Origin: Eutreptiella sp. 'Long Island Sound 2002'
Taxonomy: Eukaryota > Protista > Euglenida
Length of the DNA stretch: 64,000 nucleotides
Assembly (NCBI GenBank): GCA_964036045.1
Contig: OZ038379.1
Location: forward strand, 8,122,001-8,186,000
Direction: 5' to 3'
The first letter of the stretch is position 1, and each line of letters begins with the position of its first letter. A program made the translations under genes and the position numbers. The notes beneath the pieces were generated by a model, which worked only from the letters and a program-made list of their open reading frames with translations, made no database searches and was not told where the DNA came from. Below, piece by piece: positions 11,890 to 20,800 of the stretch.

Positions 11890-12981
11890 TCAGGACTCGA
11901 TCCCCCTCCGCCGCCTCTTCCTGCTCTCACTCACGTCCGTACTGAACCCATCACTGTCACTGTCCCACGTCCCCCGCAACCGCGTGTCACTGACATCCGT
12001 ACTGAATGACATGTCTTCCGAGCTGGACAGAAAAACGTCTTCGTCGTCCGACGTTGACGATGCGGTCGAACTGCCGCTTGACGTCCCCCCAGAGTCCACC
12101 TGTGACCCCAGGTCCCGGTCGGACACTTCTGCCATGGGCTCCAGCCCCAATGCATCCCACTCCGTGACTCGGCGTCGTTTGGATAGGGGCAGCAGGTTAT
12201 AGGGGTGCAGCTCCCGGCCCTGCCCCGCAAGTTCATCGGCTGCCTCATTACCGGCCACCCCGAGGTGCGATGGCACCCAGCGGACCTGTAACTTGTCCCC
12301 CGCCTCCCCGCGAAGCCAATCAATGTGCTCCCACAAGTCTCTGTGCCCCACCTCCCCTGACGACGTGCGCCACCCGTGCCTCTTCCACTTGTCCGTCCAC
12401 ACTGTGATTGCCTTAAAAATGTATTCGGAATCCACCACCACCACCATCCGCTCCCCCGCCTCCTGACTGAGCATCGCATGTAGCACCCCTCGCAACTCCC
12501 CCCTGCTGATACTCTGTCGCTCATGAGCTGGCACGTGCGCCCGAAAATTACGATTACTGTTGTCCCCGAACCAAACCCCGTACCCTGCTTGCATCCAACC
12601 TCGGACGCGTTTCGCCGAGCCATCCGTGTACACTATGACCCACCCCTCACCCGACATCCCCTCTAGTTCCGCCAACAAAGAACGTTTGTGGTTACCCCAC
12701 TTTTCCTCCTTTAACTTCAGCGGGTCTGGTCGCGCTGACGGCAGCTTGGCCGTCGTGGGGGCTTGGGGCGCCCTGTGGAACATCGTCTTATGGTCCGCCC
12801 AGCTGTGGAGCTGTGCTATCAAATGGCGCAGATCGACTCGACTGCACGACATGTTGCGCTCCCCCCTCCAGATTTCCAACACACCCACCCAAACAGCTAC
12901 AAACTCCTCCAACGAAACCTGCCGATGCCGATACTTCACCTCGCACCGCAGCTTCCACTGCGCACGCAGGCCTGCCCACAA
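11890..12981 (-). CDS. RNase H domain of the LINE ORF2 C-terminus, with an acidic Ser/Asp tail and a basic end
   Basis: YTDGS ... SRGELRG ... VDSEY ... WKRHGWRT..G.VGHRDLW ... WVPSH.GVAGNEAADELA; the four acidic catalytic residues are present. Confidence 0.9.
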   Translation of the reverse strand: MWAGLRAQWKLRCEVKYRHRQVSLEEFVAVWVGVLEIWRGERNMSCSRVDLRHLIAQLHSWADHKTMFHRAPQAPTTAKLPSARPDPLKLKEEKWGNHKRSLLAELEGMSGEGWVIVYTDGSAKRVRGWMQAGYGVWFGDNSNRNFRAHVPAHERQSISRGELRGVLHAMLSQEAGERMVVVVDSEYIFKAITVWTDKWKRHGWRTSSGEVGHRDLWEHIDWLRGEAGDKLQVRWVPSHLGVAGNEAADELAGQGRELHPYNLLPLSKRRRVTEWDALGLEPMAEVSDRDLGSQVDSGGTSSGSSTASSTSDDEDVFLSSSEDMSFSTDVSDTRLRGTWDSDSDGFSTDVSESRKRRRRGIES

Positions 12982-13043
12982 AACGAGGCCCTGCGTCGTC
13001 TGCAGCGACAGCAGAGGTTCCTCCAGCAGAAGCCTGCTGGGCT

Positions 13044-13616
13044 CTACTGCTCCCCCCCCCCCCCCTGCGCCAGGCCAAACGCCTTTCTCACCGTATCAAA
13101 CATAAATGCCGAGAAGTAGCACCGCTTCAGCGTGTGCGCGTGGTCCTCCACCCGCCCGCACTGTGGACACAGCTTACCCCCCAGCCGCTCCATGCGAGCG
13201 CCAACTGGCAGCTTGCGCCACAGAACCCTCCGTATGAAATCCAAATCCCATTTGGGGAGGTGTAGGCGCCCAAACACACGCCATACTTCCTCAGGCTGAC
13301 GGGCCTCGTGGCGCGTGCGCTGCTGCATGGCCAAAAGGGTCCGTCGCTTCGCCCACTGCACCGACCAATTATCCACCGGGGGGGTCGCCGGGACCGCAAA
13401 ATTGGGTTCGTACATCCCCACCACCCTCAAAGCCGACTCCTCATAGATGGCACGCCATGTGGGGGCCACAGTGCCTAACAGCTGGGGTGGTATCTTGGAC
13501 CCCGAGATGAGGTCACACCAGCGCAGCACCCCCCTCCGGTGCAGTGCCGGGCAGTAGTAGGTCAACCAAACCTTATTACGAAAGAACACACAGTGCCAAA
13601 CGCCCAAGGACCACAA
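13044..13616 (-). CDS. zf-RVT-like segment of LINE ORF2; frameshifted from its neighbours at G/C homopolymer runs
   Basis: LWRKLPVGARM...CPQCGRVEDHAHTLKRC matches the L1-type CCHC region. The frame breaks coincide with homopolymers near 13625-13660 and 13050-13065. Confidence 0.75.
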   Translation of the reverse strand: MWSLGVWHCVFFRNKVWLTYYCPALHRRGVLRWCDLISGSKIPPQLLGTVAPTWRAIYEESALRVVGMYEPNFAVPATPPVDNWSVQWAKRRTLLAMQQRTRHEARQPEEVWRVFGRLHLPKWDLDFIRRVLWRKLPVGARMERLGGKLCPQCGRVEDHAHTLKRCYFSAFMFDTVRKAFGLAQGGGGEQ

Positions 13617-13617
13617 T

Positions 13618-15668
13618 TCATGCAGGGGGGGGGGGAGCCGGTGCCCCCCCCCCCCCCCGTCGAACCACCGAGTACGCCTTCACGGTACCCTGCAAAAAGG
13701 TAGGCTTGGGCAGATAGGCTTGGCTGGCTAGCTGTAGATAGGGAAGAAACGCCGGTTCCAGCACCAACCCCACTCGGTCGGCCCACCCCCGGAACGGCCG
13801 CGCATGTTGTTCTGCCAACGACGCTGGCCGTACCACTGCCTGAACAAACGTTTGGCTGTGTACCCAGGTCGCGCACATACCCAATCCTACCTGCCCCAGA
13901 CCCCCCTCCGCCGGAGGCAGAGCCAAGATCGGCATCGTGAGATGCCAGTTATTAATGTCCAGTGCCGCCCTGTGGACCATGTTTAGTTGCGCCACCACAT
14001 GCTCCGTTGGAGCATAGGCCCGTGCAGTCAAGTAGACCACTGGGGCTATCCACGTAGCGAACAGATACGCCCGCTCCTCCATTCCCAGTGGCAACGTGGC
14101 CAGGGTGCGTGCCCGCGCCAGCATTTTTGCGACCACGGGTGCGTATGCACCAGCCGCTGTCACATTACCCAACTGGATGCCCAGGTACTTGAGTTGTTCC
14201 TTCACCGTCAGCCCCGCCAACGTGGCCGGCCGTGGGGCATCTGGGTCCGAACACTTGACTACCGCATACGTTTTCGAAAAATTCACCCTCAGGCCACAGA
14301 AATACCCAAACACCTGCAGGACATACAAAACCGCCCTCAGATCGGCCACCTGTTGCGGCCCCCGCCCCGGCAGCGCCAACAAAATATCATCTGCGTATAG
14401 CAGCACCACCACATTAACATGCAACCGTTTGAAATCAAAAATCAGTAGGACCGTTATCAAGTCAAAAAGCAAGGGGGACAGTGGGTCCCCTTGTCGGATG
14501 CCCGAACGTGGGCTCAGCTCCACGTCGGCCACAAAGCCCCTCCCCACGCAAAATAAAACGGGCCCCGCCGACACTGACATCAACAAACCAACGTACGCCA
14601 AGGGCAACCCCAGGTGGATCAGGGTGACCCGCAACAGGGTGAAAGTTACCGAGTCATAAGCTTTCTGAAAATCCACCGCCACCATGATCTGGTCTGGCAG
14701 CCGCTCCCACTCTGCCCTGGCGTAGATTACATGGTCCAGCATCTGCCGCCCCGGCACGAAGCCTTTCTGACAGGGGGGGATCACCTGTGGCCACACGTCC
14801 GAGAGCTGCAACATCACCGTAGTGGTCACCCACTTTAGGCATACCTGCTGGAGCGCAATGGGTCTCATATCTTTGGGTTGTTCCGCCCCACAAAACTTAG
14901 GCAGGCACCGCATCAGAGAGACCGACCACTCCGCTGGCACCCCCCCCACCCTAAGGAAATCCTGCATGGCTGACAATAACCGCGGAGCAAAAACAGATGG
15001 AAACGCCTGGTATAGCTCCGCTGGTATACCATCCTTACCCGGTGTCGATCCCCCTTTAAGACGCTCGAGAGCCGCCAATACCACGTCCAGCGACAGTGGC
15101 TTCATAAGCAAAGGCAACGCCTGCAGGATTTTCGGGGGAATGGGTAGGGACCTTACATACCGCCAGCACTCCTCTTCGGTTACTGCATTCCCCGCCATGA
15201 CCCCCGCCCAATAGTCCCGCATAGCCTGTGCGATCGCCCGCACCCCGGTGTGTACCCCCCCCTGCGAGTCCCGAACTCGTGCCACGTGCTGTCGCTCTCG
15301 CAACTGCCGTACCAAGTTGTGGATGGTCCGCCGCCGATTTGCCTGACCTTGAACTCGCACCTCCCGCGGCTGTAACTGACGTTTTAGCCTATCACACATA
15401 TCCGATTTGAACATGGCCTCGCGCTGGTTCGCCAGCAAAGATACCAACAGCCCGTACCCCTCCCCCACCGACCTCGGCGAATATCCCAGCTCCTCTAGAT
15501 AGTCCAGTGCCCCCAACGCCAGTTTTACCGGGGTGCTCTCGCGTACCAGGCTATGCAGTTCCGTGTAACCCGAGGTGGGGTGCGCTTGGCGCCACTCACG
15601 AGCTTCCCGCTGCAGGAAACCCGTCACCCCCGCCCACCACTCCGTGGTCCCCAAGTCTCTCCCCAAGA
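13618..15668 (-). CDS. Reverse transcriptase, L1/Tx1-like, N-terminally truncated
   Basis: QKGFVPGRQM, VDFQKAYDSV, GIRQGDPLSPLLF, LYADD, GLRVNFSKT, KYLG. Confidence 0.95.
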
Positions 15669-16589
15669 CCCGCTGTAGCTTGGACAAGGCCGTAGCTAAT
15701 ACAAGGGGGGGAGGGGGGGTACTTTGTCTTTCGAAATTGGTTCAAAAGAGGGCACCAGGCGAGCGAGAGCCCCTCCAGAGGGGGACTTTCCACAGAGGTG
15801 TTTCGGTTAGTACACCGCATTACACGTGTCAATTTTGCGTGACCTGCATGTCTCTTGCGAGTGGGGGAGAGATGTGTGAGTGAAGTGTTTGTCGTCCTGC
15901 ACCCATCTGCCGCACGCCTGCAGAAGGGCGGAGGTTTCGGCAGAAGAACCCAAAGAGTTGCAACCACTTTGTTATCTGGCTCCCTCACCAGCCCGCAAAC
16001 CACTGGGAGAAGCAAATGTTCTGGAGAGGGGCTTGAGCAAGCCGGGGGGGGGCAGAAACATTTCACTGTGGGCGAAATTGGGCTATGACAGTGGAGCTTG
16101 GGCTTTTGCTGAAACATGGGGATGGACAAAGAGGCGGAACTGAAAAATTGTGACTTTCAGCAGAGGACGCCAAAGTGAGATGGTCGAACATCGCAATCGC
16201 CTTGCGTTCCATGGCACCCAAACTGCTGGCTGAGGGCCCCAAAGCATGGAAGTACTGTGCAATGTGCTACCACAGTCACAGAATGTGGAGCTGTATTCGG
16301 TTCCGCTGGTTTAGAGGGTTAGTTGGACGTGAACGTATCTGAATCACGCATTGAGCCCGGTCCCCGCTCGCTGACACACACACAAACACACGGATGCAAA
16401 AGCCCAGCAGAGGGGGAATGTTTGCCCCGCGTGTGCCCGGTGCGCTACTTTTCTATTAACTATCCCGACTTCAGCCCCAGATTTACCCTCTCATGAATAA
16501 GCCCCCCAAGTGGACCACGTTGGACTGCACACCCTCCCTACAAAGCACGTTGCATAATAAAGCAATAGCTGTGAATTCAACAACTCCAA

Positions 16590-16920
16590 CTGTCAATTGT
16601 ATTGTATTTAACAAACAGCATTGCTCCCACAAGTGTGGGTGTCGGTACATTCAGTACAATGGTGCTCTTCACACTCATCGCAAACTGCGACAGTGGAGCG
16701 CTTCTGACAACACAACACACACACTTCTGCCTCATCCTCTGCCTCATCTTGCGTGGCAGCCGGGTTGCTTTCATCAGTCCAAACATGACGCGGGACATGC
16801 TCCCATGGTCCATAGGGGGGGTTGCGGACTTGCCTGCGAATGCAAAATTGGGTAAAATGCAACAGAATACGGACTGACTGGTGCAACTCATTGGGGGAGC
16901 CACGCCAGATGTCCTAACCT
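16590..16920 (-). pseudogene. C-terminal remnant of the DDE_Tnp_4-like transposase
   Basis: HQSVRILLHFTQFCIRRQV..PPYGPWEHVP and CVLCCQKR...CDECEEHHCTEC are homologous to 7150-7450. Confidence 0.7.
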
Positions 16921-17105
16921 AAACCCAATGCCACAACCGAGCAAAGGGGGACAAAATCAGAATTGGCTGCCTCACCCCTGTCTTCTTGGGGGCCCAAAAG
17001 AGGGCGGAAATGCTGCGTCACCCCTGCATTCTCGGAGGTCCCCAACGAAGGGGACAAAATGAGATCTCAAAACCTACGGTAGGGGTAACAATGATGCCCC
17101 TAGTA

Positions 17106-17693
17106 CCCCACCCCCCCCCCCCCCCCTTGCGCAAGCACCAGCAAGGTCAGGAAAGTGACGGTCAGACCAGGTCCTGGTGCTTAGACAAGGCGGTGCAACC
17201 GCGCGACGCACGGCATCAAAAGAAAGCATGTCCCGAAAACCTGCCCATACCTCACCCTAACCACAATAGTCGCAACAGCGCGGTTTTGGTGGGGCTGTGG
17301 GGTATGGGGGCAACTCTGGGCGCTCCCAATTTTAATTCCTCGGTTGTGGAATCTTTCCCACGAGTAGAACGACTGATGAAATTGGCAGGCGCATGCTCAC
17401 CGGTGGACCGGATGTACGTGACAGCCAAGCCAGGGGTAACGACATTAGTCATGGCTGAAAATCACACCAAAACAAAGAGCAGTGGGGGGCAGTAACAAGC
17501 ACAATGTTGTTATGAGCAGGAGCACTCATCACAAGCATGAAACAGCCCCTCTTTCCCTCTACAATCGGCACACAATCACGCTTTGCCTACTTTCTGACCG
17601 TAAAAGCCGTGGTCAGAAAATTCGGTAAAAGTGACGGTCAGACCGGGTCCTGGTGCTTAGACAAGGCGTTGCTTGCGCAAGGGGGGGGGAGGG
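17106..17693 (+). mobile_element. TA-flanked MITE with C-run TIRs and a directly repeated core
   Basis: TA at 17104-17105 and 17694-17695. TIR C(n)TTGCGCAAGCA / TGCTTGCGCAAG(n). The core AAAGTGACGGTCAGACC(A/G)GGTCCTGGTGCTTAGACAAGGCG occurs near both ends. Confidence 0.8.
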
Positions 17694-17892
17694 TATCTCA
17701 AAGCATGGGTCTCTAGTACGGCCAGACACCCAAAGATTTTTTTTTTTTTGATCAAAAAGGCCAGTTCATAAGTGCCAGGGGCCACAGTGGACCAAGTTCG
17801 AAGTAAGATACAGATTTCGGCGAAGCCAGGGTATGCATACGGGCTGCAGCTCGTGACTGTGCCCCCATGGTTTCCCATTGAGGTTGGTGTAG

Positions 17893-20800
17893 TCATGTCA
17901 GTGGTACTTCCCACTCATTTGGGTCCCAGTGCGTTTTGTGGCGTTTCGGTAGCGGTTGTAACGGGACTTCCCACAAGGTGGGGTCCCAGTGCTCCCGCGG
18001 CCGCTTCCGTATCAGGTATATCGTCTGTCGGGCTGGTCGGGTTGTTTGCCAGTATTGTGTTGTCTTGTGTTTGCAGGCGTCTTGGTAGTACTGTGCCATG
18101 GCAGTCAGGTGTGTCTGCTGCTGCCACATGTAGGTCGCTTGTTGATGGTGCAGGTCAAGTAGTTTGGCAGTGCCTGCGCTCAGCCTCCAGTATCGGTCGT
18201 TGACCATCAGTAGCAGTTTTGCGTCAGTGTACCACATCCTTGTGTCGTCCTTCGCTTGTTCGTACCATTGCCTACGTATTTGGTATAGGTGTGCATGTGT
18301 GTCGTGCATTCGTTGTGTTTGTCTCTGTTGGTCGACTAGTTTTATGACAAGCCTGTGGTAGTCTGTTTTAGCCGTCAGTGCGTTGGTGTAGCCCATGTGT
18401 AGGGTGTGCAGGTGTTGTCTCGCCATCGCCTCCATGTGTGCTTTCTGGTATATGTCCCGTGCTTGCTGTGCGTGTTCATTTGCCAGCCTGTCTGTGGTCG
18501 TCTTGTACTGTTCCCACCGCTGTGTGTCAACGTTGAGGCGCTGACGTTTCTTTATGTGGTCGTCTGCCCCTGTGTTAGTGGCTCGTGCGACGAACCATGC
18601 CACTGCCTCACTATCGCCCGCGTTGCGTGCATCTTGTAACCATTGGCCGGGATCGATTGGGTCAGCCGTTGCGACCTCGGCCTTACGTTTGCGTTTCGCG
18701 CCGCACCACGTGGGCGCCCCGACTTGGTTCCGTAGGTTTCGGGGCGTTTCTCGCGGCGGAAGTGCCTGTGCCATGTATTTGGTGAGCCACAGGGGCGACG
18801 GTGGTTGTTGTGGTGTTGGGTCGGCGTACTTCCGTCTTAGTGTTTGGACGGACTGTATCATGCGAAACTGGAACAGGCCCACCTCCGTTCGCAGTTTGTG
18901 TCGTTCCGCAGTGGGTATGGCGTCGACGAGGGATAGTGGTATGAGCAGCCTGACACAGAGCCATAGTTCTTGGTTGTCGGCCGCTTGCAGCCATTGGTGC
19001 GTGTATGGGGCCCAATCAGTCCAGCTCTTGCGCCACAGGTCCCAGAAGTCGCTCCAGGCAGGACAGTAAGCCAGTTTTGACTGCACCGATGCTCCGTGTT
19101 GGTGGCCACACTGGGAGCAGAGGCGGGATGTCCGTTCCCAGGGGGCGCCCATTCCCCACCAACGCACTTGCCCCCACAGCCAGGGTGTCCACGCGTTCCG
19201 TCTGTAGTGCTTCATGGGGAGCCAGCTCACCCAGTGTACGTCTGGTGTTTGTTTTTGTCTACGCACTTGCATGATCCATGCCTTGGCAGGCGTGGGCATG
19301 ATCTGTCCTGTGATGACAATATCATGGGGTTGTGGTTGTTGGGAATCCATGGGCAGGTTGTCGCCCATATTGGCGAGGACGTCAGAGTGGTTGTTCCCCT
19401 GTATGTCCTGGTAGTCTTTATACGTGGTGGCTTGTTCTAGATTGCGGTGCCCTGGTGTCCATCGGATCGTCAGTCGTTTTGTGGTGGAGTTGAGGTACCC
19501 TATGTCGCGGTAGTCCTGGTCCTTGACCACTCCTTTGCGTTTTATAGGTGTGGCCTTCACCACACTCTGGTTGTCTAGTATAATGTCGTCTCCTGGCTTG
19601 GCCAGCTCTGAAGCTAAGGCGCAAGCGATCGTTTCGGCCCGATAAACCTGTTGTGGCCGGTGCACCCGGAAGGCCGAACGGTATGTTCCGTTGTAGATGC
19701 CCCCTCCCGCTCGTCCGTGTCGTTTCGACCCGTCTGTGTACCACCGGGTGGTGGTGGGTTCTCCTGTGTAGTGTATGGTGATCCCGTGGAGTTTTTGCTG
19801 GTGGGGGAGTGCCTGACAAACCTCATGGGTTTCCTCAGGGGTTGGCTCCTCTGGAGGGTTCATCCACCTGTAGTCCAAGCGGTTGGTAGCTGGCCGTGTC
19901 TTCCCTGTATGCGTCTCCTGGTCCTCCTCTGAGCTCTCCGAGTCGTAGAGTCCCGCGGACAAGGGTCGGTGTTGTCGGGGTTGGGATATACGCTGACCCA
20001 CCGTGCCCCCTAGGGCTCGGACGGCGTCTATGTATTTATATTGGGTTGCGGTGAGTTGTTGTGTAGGGCCGGTGCGCTGCAGTTCCTGTTGGCCAATTGT
20101 GACCCACCGGGTGATGTAGGACCACCACAGCTGGCGTAGGCCAAGTCCCCCGTGACTGAGGTTGGTAGTCAGCCGGTGTTTGTTCATTTGTTGTTCTACC
20201 CCGGGTGTATCCCTGATGAACTGCAGCAGTATGTCGTCCCAGTGCGCCATTCGTGTCCTATTTCCGAGGAACAGTCCCCTGTACGTCCAGCGGCGGATAA
20301 GGACGGCGTTGATGATAGCCACCTTTTCGTAGGCGTTGAGCGGCAGGGTCCTGTATGCCGCTACGTCGTGGTGTAGCTGCGTAGTGACCATGTCCCATGC
20401 TGTGTCTTCTTGTGTGGGGTGGGCAAGCACATGCCCCAGGTTAGTCATTATAGGTGGCCGCACGGGGATGAGCTGATGCCGCCACGTGATGGGCGTTAGG
20501 TCGTAGTCCTTAGCCCAGTGGCACACTTCAGTTTTGTCCTTGTTGAAGCGTAACCCCATTGTGTGGGCCACGTCGTGGAGGGTATCCAGGGTGTGCAGCA
20601 ATGCTTCCTTGGTGGGCGCACGCACAGCTATGTCGTCAACGAACACGTACAGTCGGGCTCCCGGGCATCGTTCCATGGTTTCACGTAATAGTATGTCGTA
20701 GTAAAGGAGAAATAGTGTTGGGGAGAGGGGGCACCCCTCCTTCATACCCCTGGTGGGTCGTATGGGTAGGTCCTTTCCGTGTAGGGTTAGTACGGCCGGT

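Larger units (their letters stand above)
11309..15668 (-). mobile_element. 5'-truncated L1/Tx1-clade-like non-LTR retrotransposon (RT, zf-RVT, RNase H); no poly(A) tail
   Basis: 15-bp TSD CCCGCTGTAGCTTGG at 11294-11308 and 15669-15683. The RT frame runs off the 5' junction, so the endonuclease and ORF1 are missing. Confidence 0.9.
10946..15719 (+). mobile_element. MITE-like host element (about 400 bp net) containing the LINE insertion
   Basis: TA at 10944-10945, then C-run and TTGTAATAGCTACG. Right end CGTAGCTAATACAA, G-run, then TA at 15720-15721. Internal 39-bp tandem duplication at 10970-11047. Confidence 0.75.

Noticed and set aside
13040-13665. Programmed frameshifts in the smaller LINE
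   Set aside because: The breaks fall in long G/C homopolymers, so sequencing error or slippage decay is more likely.
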